Shown here in pieces: positions 1 through 9,290 of a DNA stretch of 53,787 nt (position 1 is the stretch's first letter; each line of letters starts with the position of its first letter). Made by a program: the position numbers and the translations under genes. The notes under the pieces were generated by a model. It did not search any database. It was given only the letters and a program-made list of their open reading frames with translations, and was not told the origin of the DNA. The DNA is taken from assembly GCA_016176295.1 (NCBI GenBank), contig JACOXN010000007.1, forward strand, positions 1 through 53,787, in the 5' to 3' direction. Origin of the DNA: Candidatus Giovannonibacteria bacterium. GTDB taxonomy: Bacteria > Patescibacteriota > Minisyncoccia > UBA11713 > 2-01-FULL-45-33.

Positions 1-139
1 ATGGCCATGTTGATGAGATGTTTTATGCTGGTAATCACCCTTTAATTCTACTGGCGACGGCGCCGCAGGGGTATTACCGATGTATCTCATCTTCTGCAGT
101 TTTATGTACTTTAGGGCAAAAAAATGCCATAAATAAAGC

Positions 140-859
140 ATGTACCAACTCTCGTTGGAAAAATTTTCAGGCCCGCTGGATATGCTGCTTTCCATGGTGG
201 AAGAGGAGAAACTTTCGATAAACGAAATATCGCTGACCGAAGTCGCCGACCAATACATAGGTTATTTGAAATCCCAGGAAATGATAACTAAAGAAGAGCT
301 CGCCGCTTTTCTTGTAATCGCGGCCACGCTCATGCTCATAAAATCGCGCTCGCTCATACCGTCGCTAAAATTGACCGACGAAGAAGAAACCGACATACAA
401 GAACTGGAAAAAAGATTAAAAGAATACAAATTCTTCAAAGAGTTGGCGCTTCTTATCCGGGAACTTAACAAAAAGGAGCGGCATCTTTTCGGCAGGGAAG
501 CCTATGCCGGGATGCAGGCGGTTTTTCTTCCCCCCGAAAAATTGAAGATAGCCATGCTCAAGAAGGTGATCGAAGAACTTATCGCCGCCATTCCGAAAAA
601 AGACGAACGGCAGGGCGAAGCGATAAAAAAAGCCATATCAATGGAAGAAAAAATGATGGAACTCAAATCCCGCCTGGAAAGCGCGATGAAAGTCACGTTC
701 GACGAAATAAAACGTTCAAGCAAAAATAAAGTAGAAGTAATCGTCAGTTTCCTCGTGGCTTTGGAACTGATCAAGCAGGGATTCGCAATATTTGAACAAA
801 GCAAATTATTTGGTACGATTGAGTTTAAAAGACAACAAAACAATGGAGGACTTACCTAA
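140..859 (+). CDS. scpA: Segregation and condensation protein A (kleisin)
   Basis: N-terminal FSGPLDMLLSMV motif, C-terminal SFLVALELIKQG winged-helix motif, directly upstream of scpB. Confidence 0.9.
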   Translation: MYQLSLEKFSGPLDMLLSMVEEEKLSINEISLTEVADQYIGYLKSQEMITKEELAAFLVIAATLMLIKSRSLIPSLKLTDEEETDIQELEKRLKEYKFFKELALLIRELNKKERHLFGREAYAGMQAVFLPPEKLKIAMLKKVIEELIAAIPKKDERQGEAIKKAISMEEKMMELKSRLESAMKVTFDEIKRSSKNKVEVIVSFLVALELIKQGFAIFEQSKLFGTIEFKRQQNNGGLT

Positions 860-1412
860 AAAAATAGAAGCGCTGTTATTTGTATCGGGTGAGGGGCTTT
901 CTGCGGAACGTCTGGCTTCGCAATTAAAAAAAAGCGACAAAGAAATAAACGATGCCATAGCTTCCCTCAAATCCCATCTTGAAGAGGCGCACGAACTTAC
1001 CGTTTTGCAGGGCGGCAACAGATTTTCGTTGGTGACTTCCCCGGCTGTTTCCAAGCTGGTGGAAGAGTATGCCAAAGAGGAGTTCGCGGGCGAGCTCAGC
1101 AAAGCTTCTCTTGAAACGCTTGCGATTGTGGCTTACAAAGGCCCCATCAAAAGGTCCGAGATAGATTTCATCAGAGGGGTCAACTCGTCATTCATGCTCC
1201 GGAACCTGCTGATGCGGGGCCTCATAGAGCGCTCCCAGGACCCTAAGGACGCAAGATCATATATCTACAGGGTTTCCGTGGATTTCCTTAAATTTTTGGG
1301 GGTTACTTCCATATCTGATCTTCCGGAGTTCGGTTCGTTCGCCGAAAAACTCGATGAATTCCTAAAGACCGCGGAGGCGGCGTCACACGAAGAGAAAAAT
1401 GCCGAAACCTAA
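843..1412 (+). CDS. scpB: Segregation and condensation protein B
   Basis: IEALLF, LSKASLETLAIVAYKGPIKRSEIDFIRGVNS and T/S-x-DFLKFLG motifs; start moved to ATG 843, overlapping the scpA end. Confidence 0.9.
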   Translation: MEDLPKKIEALLFVSGEGLSAERLASQLKKSDKEINDAIASLKSHLEEAHELTVLQGGNRFSLVTSPAVSKLVEEYAKEEFAGELSKASLETLAIVAYKGPIKRSEIDFIRGVNSSFMLRNLLMRGLIERSQDPKDARSYIYRVSVDFLKFLGVTSISDLPEFGSFAEKLDEFLKTAEAASHEEKNAET

Positions 1413-2289
1413 ACTTATAATTTCATTTGCGGTCGTCGTGCTCATGGCGGCGCTTTTCCTGCCCGCACAATCGGTAAAAAAATTGGCCGGAGCGGAAACT
1501 CAGCCTGCGCAGGTTTACGACGAAAATCCGCCGCCCGCGATAGAAGCAAAAGGCGGACTCGCTGTGGATTTTGTGACCGGAAAAACTTTGTACGAAAAAA
1601 ATAAGTCCGACAAACTTCCCTTGGCCAGCGTTACGAAAATAATCTCGCTGCTCGCGATAATGGATAGGGTCGGACCGGATGAAGCCGTTGAAATTTCAGA
1701 GAACGCAGTCTTAACTCCGGAACCGAGCAGCTTGCGTGCGGGGGAGCATTTAAAAGCAAAGGATTTGATAGCCATGGCCATGACGGAGTCTTCCAACGAC
1801 GCGGTTTCCGCCCTCGTTGAGCATACGGCCAAAAAATATTCCGTGCCTCCCGAAGACATGGATGAGTGGTTTTTGGGCCTCATGCGGGCAAAAGCCGCAT
1901 CACTGGGCTCGCCCAATATGATTTTTTATGACCCGACCGGGCTCGATGTGGATGAATCGCTCTCCGGAGCTTACGGCTCGGCGGAAGAGCTTTTAAGCTT
2001 TGCCAAAGCCGCGCTTTCATCCCCGCTTTGGCAATTCGGCGATTTGAAAGCAGTTATTTCAGCCGAAGGTTTTGAACACAACCTGATTACAACCAACGAA
2101 CTTTACCCGAAGCTCACGAACTTTGTGGGCGCAAAAACCGGCTACACCGACCTCGCCGGCGGGAACCTGCTTACGATAATCGAATATCCGCTTGGAAACC
2201 CAGTCGGCATTGTGGTGCTCGGCTCCTCCAAAGACGGCCGCTTCCTCGACACGCAAAGAATTTTGGAATGGATTAAAACTTCCCGCTAA
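1399..2289 (+). CDS. D-alanyl-D-alanine carboxypeptidase (peptidase S11)
   Basis: N-terminal membrane anchor; SxxK (ASVTK), SxN (SSN), PTGLD and KTG (AKTGYT) motifs. Confidence 0.85.
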   Translation: MPKPKLIISFAVVVLMAALFLPAQSVKKLAGAETQPAQVYDENPPPAIEAKGGLAVDFVTGKTLYEKNKSDKLPLASVTKIISLLAIMDRVGPDEAVEISENAVLTPEPSSLRAGEHLKAKDLIAMAMTESSNDAVSALVEHTAKKYSVPPEDMDEWFLGLMRAKAASLGSPNMIFYDPTGLDVDESLSGAYGSAEELLSFAKAALSSPLWQFGDLKAVISAEGFEHNLITTNELYPKLTNFVGAKTGYTDLAGGNLLTIIEYPLGNPVGIVVLGSSKDGRFLDTQRILEWIKTSR

Positions 2290-2303
2290 GTTATATTTAG
2301 ATT

Positions 2304-3587
2304 ATGAGTATGAAAACAAATCACAGTCTCACTCGTCGGGCATTCAAAGTAACAAATTCTTTTATGAGAGGAATACGCCGCCTAGCAAGCCAAAAAAACA
2401 AAGACGCATCAAAACCGGGAAATGGCATGAGGGTGGCGATGATTCACAATGAAAAACGCATCGCAACCGGAGCGCATCATATAAACCAGATTATAGCGAC
2501 TGCGCTCAAGGAGCGGGGCGCTGCCGTCCGCAATTTCTATCCGCGCTGGAAACTTACCGATGCGCCAATACATATGCGCGGGTTTTCAAAAATTCTTTTC
2601 TTTCATTCTTTGCTTGAGCATAAAAATGAGATTTTGCGGTACCACGTCATACAAGGGACCACATACACGCCTTTACCGTTTCTCTCTTTTAAAACACCGC
2701 TTGTCAGCCATTTCGGTTCGACAACCATCGGATTTTTAAGGAACACGCCAAAAACGTCCATGCTTTTGCCGAGTGAGATAGCGATTTGGCACGAGCTGCG
2801 CAATCTCGGCATTATTTCCGGTCTTGAGCTTGAAACCTTTCGCCCGCTCCGGGATATAGCCGATATGGAAAAGTTGGTAGCCACGAGAGTCACGAGATGT
2901 ATAGCGACATCAGAGCATGTAAGAGATGAGCTCTTAGACATGGGAGTACCACACGAGAGAATCAGAGTTGTTCATAACGCGATTGAGAATTACTGGTTTG
3001 AGAGAAAAGAGCCACCGATTGTGTCCGATCCCCACATCGTCTTTCTTGGCCGTCTCGGCAGAGATGTATTTACACTCAAACTCAAAGGCCTTACTCGCCT
3101 TATAGGGCTTTACCGAGCCTTTCCGAACATTCCAAAGACGACGATTTGCATGACGACAAATAAAAAATTAAAGGAGTGGCTCCGTGTCGCTTTCCCGGTC
3201 CACCATATGCATGCCAACATACGCAAAGATCTCATTCCCAATGTTCTGTCGCGCCGCTATGGAAGTATTCTTTTCATCTCCTCTCGATACGAAGGATTTT
3301 CTCTTAGCCTCATCGAAGGCATGTCACAAGGCCTTGTGCCGATATCCTATGCAGTTGGGGTAGCTCCTGAGATTATAAAGAATGGAGAAAACGGATTTTT
3401 GGTTTCTTCAAACGAAAAGGCGCAGGAAAAAGTGAAAGAACTTATTTCGAACCCCAAGAAACGACTTGCCATGGCTGGAGCAGCGCGCAAAACGGCTGAA
3501 CAATTTCGCAGCGGTATAATTGCAGATAAGTTGCTCGGGCTATATCGGGAGATAAAAATTGAGCATGATCAGAGAGCGATCTTATAA
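2304..3587 (+). CDS. Glycosyltransferase family 4 (GT-B fold)
   Basis: SSRYEGFSLSLIEGMSQG E-x7-E motif and GENGFLV; start codon uncertain. Confidence 0.8.
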   Translation: MSMKTNHSLTRRAFKVTNSFMRGIRRLASQKNKDASKPGNGMRVAMIHNEKRIATGAHHINQIIATALKERGAAVRNFYPRWKLTDAPIHMRGFSKILFFHSLLEHKNEILRYHVIQGTTYTPLPFLSFKTPLVSHFGSTTIGFLRNTPKTSMLLPSEIAIWHELRNLGIISGLELETFRPLRDIADMEKLVATRVTRCIATSEHVRDELLDMGVPHERIRVVHNAIENYWFERKEPPIVSDPHIVFLGRLGRDVFTLKLKGLTRLIGLYRAFPNIPKTTICMTTNKKLKEWLRVAFPVHHMHANIRKDLIPNVLSRRYGSILFISSRYEGFSLSLIEGMSQGLVPISYAVGVAPEIIKNGENGFLVSSNEKAQEKVKELISNPKKRLAMAGAARKTAEQFRSGIIADKLLGLYREIKIEHDQRAIL

Positions 3588-3599
3588 AAAATTTATATT

Positions 3600-4673
3600 A
3601 TGCCGGACAGGGATCTAGTTTTGAATATCTATAAAATTTTGGGGCTTGCGGGAGCCGCTTTTTTTGTGGGGATAATGCTTACTCCGCTGCTCACGCATTA
3701 TTTATATAAATACAAACTCTGGAAAAAAAACAGCGTAGCTAAAACCATCACCGGAGAGCTCGCTCTAATTTCCCAAAAATTACACAATGATGAAGCGAAA
3801 AAAACCCCGCGCATGGGGGGCATTCTCGTCTGGGGCACTACATTGCTCGTGGCTCTTTTTTTCTGGCTTCTGCAAATGCTGTTTCCCGACCCGATATTCA
3901 GCAAACTGAATTTTCTTTCCAGAAACCAGACCTGGGTGCCGTTGGGAATATTGCTCGCGGGCGCTTTAGTTGGACTTGTGGATGATGTTTTGGTAGTTAC
4001 AAATAAAGGAACCTACAACGGCGGCGGACTTACCGCGACGCGCAGAATACTGCTTGTCGCTGTTATCGCCATTATGGGCGCCTACTGGTTCTATTTTAAA
4101 TTAGGAGTGAACACAGTTTTCATTCCGGGGTTCGGCGAAGTGACGGTCGGGCTTTTGTTCATACCTATTTTTATAATTGTGATGCTGGCTGTTTTTAGCG
4201 GGGGAGTGATAGACGGACTGGACGGACTTTCGGGCGGAGTATTGGCTTCCATTTTTGCCTCATATTCCGGCATTGCTTTCTTCCAAAACCAAGTCGATAT
4301 CGCGGCCTTTTGCGCCGTGATAACCGGAGCCATTCTTGCTTTTTTGTGGTTCAATATCCCTCCGGCCAGGTTTTACATGTCCGAAACCGGCATCATGGGG
4401 CTGATGACGACTCTCACCGTGGTCGCCTTCCTTACCGATGCCGTGGCCGTACTCCCCATCATCGCTTTTCCTCTCGTTATCGAATCAGCCTCCGTAATAA
4501 TCCAACTTCTCTCAAAGAAATTCCTCAAACGCAAAGTTTTTTTGGTGGCTCCTATTCATCACCATTTCGAAGCCTTAGGCTGGCCGTCCAGCAAAGTCGT
4601 CATGCGCTTCTGGATCATAGGTTTCGTTTTTTCCATCCTCGGCCTCATCATCCACCTGATAAGCAGAATCTAG
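3600..4673 (+). CDS. mraY: Phospho-N-acetylmuramoyl-pentapeptide transferase
   Basis: KTPRMGG, GLVDD, DGLDGL, WFNIPPARFYMSETG and APIHHHFE motifs; multi-pass membrane protein. Confidence 0.92.
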   Translation: MPDRDLVLNIYKILGLAGAAFFVGIMLTPLLTHYLYKYKLWKKNSVAKTITGELALISQKLHNDEAKKTPRMGGILVWGTTLLVALFFWLLQMLFPDPIFSKLNFLSRNQTWVPLGILLAGALVGLVDDVLVVTNKGTYNGGGLTATRRILLVAVIAIMGAYWFYFKLGVNTVFIPGFGEVTVGLLFIPIFIIVMLAVFSGGVIDGLDGLSGGVLASIFASYSGIAFFQNQVDIAAFCAVITGAILAFLWFNIPPARFYMSETGIMGLMTTLTVVAFLTDAVAVLPIIAFPLVIESASVIIQLLSKKFLKRKVFLVAPIHHHFEALGWPSSKVVMRFWIIGFVFSILGLIIHLISRI

Positions 4674-4674
4674 C

Positions 4675-4697
4675 TGGTCAACCTGGCAGGTTGACCA
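4675..4697. repeat. 23-bp palindrome TGGTCAAC-N7-GTTGACCA
   Basis: Perfect 8-bp arms (extend to 10 bp) right after the mraY stop; related copies at 14049 and 30917. Confidence 0.6.
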
Positions 4698-4710
4698 GAA
4701 GTGGTAAAAT

Positions 4711-4741
4711 AAAAAACCTGCTTCGAATTTCGAAACAGGTT
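4711..4741 (-). terminator. Intrinsic terminator of the 4740-5375 gene
   Basis: AACCTG-CTTCGAATTTCGAAA-CAGGTT hairpin with A-tract 4711-4716 (U-tract on the minus strand). Confidence 0.55.
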
Positions 4742-5375
4742 ATTTTAAGTATGCTTCCTCGATTGTGAGGACCTTGAAAGTTCCGTCTTCCATTTCCTTT
4801 ATGACGAACCTGTACGCCCCATTTTTGAGGTAAAACACTTCCACAAAATTATTATCAATGAGCCGCTTAACCTTGCCTCGCCGGCTGATGGCTCCTTCAA
4901 AACTGGCTTTGCTCAAGAGATCAAAAGCAAGCAGATAATAATTTCTAACTTTTTTCTGAAAACGTTTCTGTAGTTGTTCGATTGAATGACGGCTAAAACG
5001 AACTTTATCAAGGGGAACAGGAGAAGCTACCTCCATTAAATCATCAGGCAAACGGAAAAATTCCGTAATGATTTCCACCCTTGTTACTACCGGATCGCAT
5101 TCTTTTTCTGCTTCAGCGGCATACCTCACAATGAACATGATTTGTGGGATTCCCCTTGCCCACATAAAAAATCTATAGCCTGGACCTTTTTCGAAGTCTC
5201 TTAGGTACGTCTGAAGTTTATTGGCGCTAATTTCTCCGGCCCGCTTGAACAATCTGCGAGCAGTTCGCTGTGGATTTTCCGGACTCATGCCAACGTACAA
5301 AGCTGAGGCAATTTTACCAAGCTCTACTATGGCCTCATCCGAAAACTTGGGTACTTTGCAAATTTGCACTTCCAT
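4740..5375 (-). CDS. Hypothetical protein; C-terminal half has an FSxH-x3-KRF motif reminiscent of small RNase-toxin-like folds
   Basis: Open frame antisense to the dcw genes; ATG 5375 preceded by AAGGAG (ORF track start at 5399 is a GTG); fold assignment is speculative. Confidence 0.65.
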   Translation of the reverse strand: MEVQICKVPKFSDEAIVELGKIASALYVGMSPENPQRTARRLFKRAGEISANKLQTYLRDFEKGPGYRFFMWARGIPQIMFIVRYAAEAEKECDPVVTRVEIITEFFRLPDDLMEVASPVPLDKVRFSRHSIEQLQKRFQKKVRNYYLLAFDLLSKASFEGAISRRGKVKRLIDNNFVEVFYLKNGAYRFVIKEMEDGTFKVLTIEEAYLK

Positions 5376-5431
5376 TCTGTAAAATTCTCCTTTCTCCACT
5401 AAGAGTTGATATGTGCCCCAATCCGAGTTAT

Positions 5432-5461
5432 ATAATAGAACAATATTGACACAATGTCAAT
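5432..5461 (-). promoter_or_regulatory. Sigma70-type promoter TTGACA-N17-TATTAT inside palindrome ATTGACA-CAA-TGTCAAT
   Basis: -35 at 5460-5455, -10 at 5437-5432; palindrome at 5445-5461. Confidence 0.6.
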
Positions 5462-5523
5462 TTTTTCGCTCTTAGAACCAACATCATTTGGCATAAAACC
5501 TCTTTAATTGCTATAATTTAGTC

Positions 5524-7071
5524 ATGGCATATTCTGTATTGATAAAAAACGGCACCATACTCGACGGCACCGGAGGGGACCTGTATAAAGCGGATATCGG
5601 CATTGTCGGCGACAAAATAAAAGATATCGGCGACCTTAAAAAATCGAGCGCCGAAAAAGTAATAGACGCTTCCAATCTTTATGTGACCCCCGGCTTCATA
5701 GACCTGACAAGCCATTCCGATACTTACTGGACGCTTTTTTCCGCGCCCGGACAAGAAAGCATGCTTATGCAGGGTGTGACGACGATACTTCTCGGAAACT
5801 GCGGAGAATCTTTGGCGCCTATTATAAAAAAAGAATCTTTCGCTGCGCTTGAACGCTGGTCGACCGCGCCGTCTCTCAACGCCAACTGGAATACCGTAAA
5901 AGAATATCTGGAAACTATAGAAAAAATAGGCATCGGGGTAAACACGGCGACAATGGTGGGACAGGAGACGCTGAGAAGGGGAGCCCAAAATCTGGAGGAA
6001 ACGACCCTCCTCTTGACCAGAGCGATAAAGGACGGGGCTTGGGGGCTTTCCAGTAATTTTTCGTTTGTGGAATGGTCCGGAAAACTGGACAACGAAACGG
6101 TTTCGCTTTTAAACACCATCGCCGCTTTCGACGGCATTTACAAAGTGCATCTGCGGGACGAGGGAAAAGATTTTCTTCCTGCGATCGCATCCGTAGTTAA
6201 CCTGATAAGAAGGTCGAAAGTAAAGACTGTTCTCTCACATTTCAAAGGCGTGGGTAAAAGCGCGTGGCGTGATTTCGATAAAGCAGTAACCATGGTACGT
6301 TCCGCGCAGCAGGACGGCCTTCCGATTTATTTTGATTTTTCTCCATACCTGCGTACCGGCTCGATGCTGGTTTCTCTACTGCCTCAATGGGCGCGAACTG
6401 GAGACAGCCAGGTGATCCTCGAAAGGCTTCATAATCCGATAACAGCGGAAAAAATTATCTCCAATTTGCGTTCTTTCACTCTTCATCCGGAGCGGTATCT
6501 CATTGCCTCCGCCGTAAACGACAGGTCTATGGTCGGAAAAACGCTTGAGGAAATAACAAATGGCTCGGGCCGCAGCCTAGAAGAAAATATCGTTGAAATT
6601 CTCAAAATAAATAATCTCTCGGTGAACATACTTGGGAAGACGGTTAGTGGGAGAAATATCCTCCAGGCAGCCAAAGAACCATGGGCGGTGGTTGCAACCG
6701 ACGGAGCCGGATTGAACATAGAGATGGAAAAATCGGGCAATCTGACACATCCAAGATCTTTCGGCACGTATGCCAGGTACTTCAGCAAAATAGGCCCCAA
6801 AGCAGGCGTTTCTCCTCAAGTCGCCATTCGACAGTCGTCTCTACTGCCGGCGGAGCTTACCGGCATTCCAAAGCGCGGAAAAATAGCAAAAGGATTCTTC
6901 GCCGATATTGCCGTATTCCACCCGGAAGAATTTAAAGACAACGGAACTTATAAAAATCCGTACCACTATGCCTCCGGGATGATACATGTGCTTGTCGGCG
7001 GAAAGCACGCCGTGGAGAACGGAAAAATATCCGGGAAAAGGTTCGGGAAAGTTATCAAGAAAACAGCATGA
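5524..7071 (+). CDS. N-acyl-D-amino-acid deacylase family amidohydrolase
   Basis: GTILDGTG, PGFID, GNCG, HLRDE, SHFK, TDG, HPRSFGTY and GFFADIAVF motifs. Confidence 0.85.
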   Translation: MAYSVLIKNGTILDGTGGDLYKADIGIVGDKIKDIGDLKKSSAEKVIDASNLYVTPGFIDLTSHSDTYWTLFSAPGQESMLMQGVTTILLGNCGESLAPIIKKESFAALERWSTAPSLNANWNTVKEYLETIEKIGIGVNTATMVGQETLRRGAQNLEETTLLLTRAIKDGAWGLSSNFSFVEWSGKLDNETVSLLNTIAAFDGIYKVHLRDEGKDFLPAIASVVNLIRRSKVKTVLSHFKGVGKSAWRDFDKAVTMVRSAQQDGLPIYFDFSPYLRTGSMLVSLLPQWARTGDSQVILERLHNPITAEKIISNLRSFTLHPERYLIASAVNDRSMVGKTLEEITNGSGRSLEENIVEILKINNLSVNILGKTVSGRNILQAAKEPWAVVATDGAGLNIEMEKSGNLTHPRSFGTYARYFSKIGPKAGVSPQVAIRQSSLLPAELTGIPKRGKIAKGFFADIAVFHPEEFKDNGTYKNPYHYASGMIHVLVGGKHAVENGKISGKRFGKVIKKTA

Positions 7072-8165
7072 GCGCGGTTCGTTCATACGACAATGTGTTT
7101 TTCATTCTTTCATCCCTGCTGGTCATTGCGGGCCTTTTCATTTTAGCCTCTTCTTCGATGGGCATTTCCATATCGCAGTTCGGCCAGCCCTATTATTTTT
7201 TTCTCCATCAAATACTTTTCGGTTTCATTCCTGGAGTAATCCTGTTTTACATCGCCTTAAAAATTCCGTACAAATTTTGGCGCAAATGGTCCCTACCGCT
7301 TTTTTTGCTTTCCATGGGGCTTATGATACTGGTCTTTATTCCACAATTCGGGTTTTACCACGGAGGAGCGAAGCGTTGGCTGGATTTGGGACCGATTTCT
7401 TTTCAGCCTTCTGAACTTTTAAAATTCTCTTTCGTTATCTATCTGGCCGCATGGCTTGAGACCAGGAGCAAAGAAGTAAGCTCGTTTAAATTCGGCCTGC
7501 TTCCTTTTGCCATCATGAGCGGACTCATCGCGATTTTTTTGATAATGCAGCCTGACATTGGAACTCTCCTGGTTCTTTTGGCTTCGGCCACCGCGCTTTT
7601 TTTTATTAGAGGAGGGGATCTGTACCAGATGGGAGCTTTGGTTCTCATAGCCGCGGTTATTCTGGGGGCCCTCGCTATATATGAACCTTACAGAATGGAA
7701 AGGATAAATGTATTTTTGCACCCGGAAGCCGATCCGCAAAACAGCGGCTATCAGATAAATCAAGCTCTTATAGCCGCCGGCTCCGGGGGAGTTTGGGGGC
7801 GGGGCTTCGCGCTCTCGCGCCAAAAATTCAGCTATTTGCCGGAGCCGATAGGGGACTCTATTTTTGCCATAGTTGCGGAAGAAATGGGATTTGTCGGAAG
7901 CATTGCGCTGGTCGCGCTTTTTATTTTATTTTTTTTACGTGGTATCCTTATCTCAAAAAACGCTCCCGACCTTTTTGGGAAGCTTCTGGGGGCGGGCTTG
8001 ATTTTGCTTATAATATTCCAGGCATTCATCAACATGGCTTCGATCCTCGGCATGATGCCTCTTACCGGAATCCCGCTTTCATTTGTGAGCTACGGAGGCT
8101 CGGCACTCGCAATAATGATGCTTCAACTGGGAATTATTCTTAATATATCAAAAAACAGAGCATGA
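7068..8165 (+). CDS. ftsW: SEDS peptidoglycan polymerase FtsW
   Basis: GAKRWL, SFQPSELLK, QPDIGT, GYQINQALIA, YLPE, DSIFAI and PFVSYGGS-like motifs; adjacent to murG. Confidence 0.9.
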   Translation: MSAVRSYDNVFFILSSLLVIAGLFILASSSMGISISQFGQPYYFFLHQILFGFIPGVILFYIALKIPYKFWRKWSLPLFLLSMGLMILVFIPQFGFYHGGAKRWLDLGPISFQPSELLKFSFVIYLAAWLETRSKEVSSFKFGLLPFAIMSGLIAIFLIMQPDIGTLLVLLASATALFFIRGGDLYQMGALVLIAAVILGALAIYEPYRMERINVFLHPEADPQNSGYQINQALIAAGSGGVWGRGFALSRQKFSYLPEPIGDSIFAIVAEEMGFVGSIALVALFILFFLRGILISKNAPDLFGKLLGAGLILLIIFQAFINMASILGMMPLTGIPLSFVSYGGSALAIMMLQLGIILNISKNRA

Positions 8166-9280
8166 AAATTTTATTCATTGGGGGCGGCACGGGAGGGCAT
8201 TTTTATCCGATAATCGCGGTCGCACGAGCCATTCATAAAATAGCCGAAGAAGAAAGGATTGTGAACACCGAGCTTTATTTCGCGGCGGATAAACCGCTGG
8301 ACAAATCTCTTTTGGAATCGGAATCCATCGAGTTCATTACCGTCCCCGCGGGCAAGATACGCCGGTATATTTCGCCCCTCCATCTTATAGACGCGATAAA
8401 AACCCTGTCGGGCATAATTTGGGCTCTTTGGCGGCTCTATTTCCTGATGCCCGATGTTGTCTTTTCAAAAGGCGGATATTCAAGCTTCCCGGTACTGGTC
8501 GCCTCGCGTTTCCTAAAAATTCCAGTCGTCATCCACGAGTCCGATGTGATTCCCGGCATGGTCAATAAATGGTCAGGAAAATGGGCGGACAGGATAGCCA
8601 TATCTTTTTCAGACACCGTGCAATATTTTCCGGGAAAGAACGTAGCTCTTACCGGAAACCCCATCCGCTCGCAGGTGGTGGGAGGAAATCTTTCCGAAGC
8701 TATTCAAACGTTTAATCTTGAGGAAGGACTCCCGACCGTGCTTTTTTTGGGAGGTTCGCAAGGCTCCGAAAAAGTGAATGAGACGCTCATGTCCATCATT
8801 AAAGAAATGGTTGAAAATTTTCAGATAATACACCAGACGGGCCCCAAGAATTTCGACGATATTTCTGGAGTTGCGGCCGTTATCCTGGAGAAAACCAAAT
8901 TGAAGCACCGCTACCACGTTTATCCGTTTTTGGACGAAGGACTTCTAAGAAGCGCGTCGCGGGCGGCGTCCGTCATCGTGGCGAGAAGCGGCAGCATGCT
9001 TTTTGAAATAGCGGCCTGGGGGCTTCCATCCATCCTTATTCCGCTTCCGGGCTCGGCGCAGGACCACCAAAGAAAGAATGCATACGCTTACGCCCGCACC
9101 GGCGCCTGCATGGTTATCGAAGAAACCAACCTGACCCCGCATCTTCTTTTGGAGGAAATAGCCAATATTGTGAACAGCCCGGAAAAGATTAAAAAAATGC
9201 AGATGGCCGCTCAAACTTTCTCAAAGCTCGATGCCGCGGAAAAAATAGCGCGCGAAATACTGAATCTAGGGGTACACTAA
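8162..9280 (+). CDS. murG: UDP-GlcNAc:lipid I transferase
   Basis: GGGTGGHFYP, GGYSS, HESD, TGNPIR, GGSQG and DHQRKNA motifs. Confidence 0.93.
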   Translation: MKILFIGGGTGGHFYPIIAVARAIHKIAEEERIVNTELYFAADKPLDKSLLESESIEFITVPAGKIRRYISPLHLIDAIKTLSGIIWALWRLYFLMPDVVFSKGGYSSFPVLVASRFLKIPVVIHESDVIPGMVNKWSGKWADRIAISFSDTVQYFPGKNVALTGNPIRSQVVGGNLSEAIQTFNLEEGLPTVLFLGGSQGSEKVNETLMSIIKEMVENFQIIHQTGPKNFDDISGVAAVILEKTKLKHRYHVYPFLDEGLLRSASRAASVIVARSGSMLFEIAAWGLPSILIPLPGSAQDHQRKNAYAYARTGACMVIEETNLTPHLLLEEIANIVNSPEKIKKMQMAAQTFSKLDAAEKIAREILNLGVH

Positions 9281-9290
9281 AAAAGTTTCC

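Noticed and set aside
1-139. Coding sequence at the left edge (including ORF 18..221)
   Set aside because: No frame gives a recognisable protein; the track ORF overlaps scpA out of frame.
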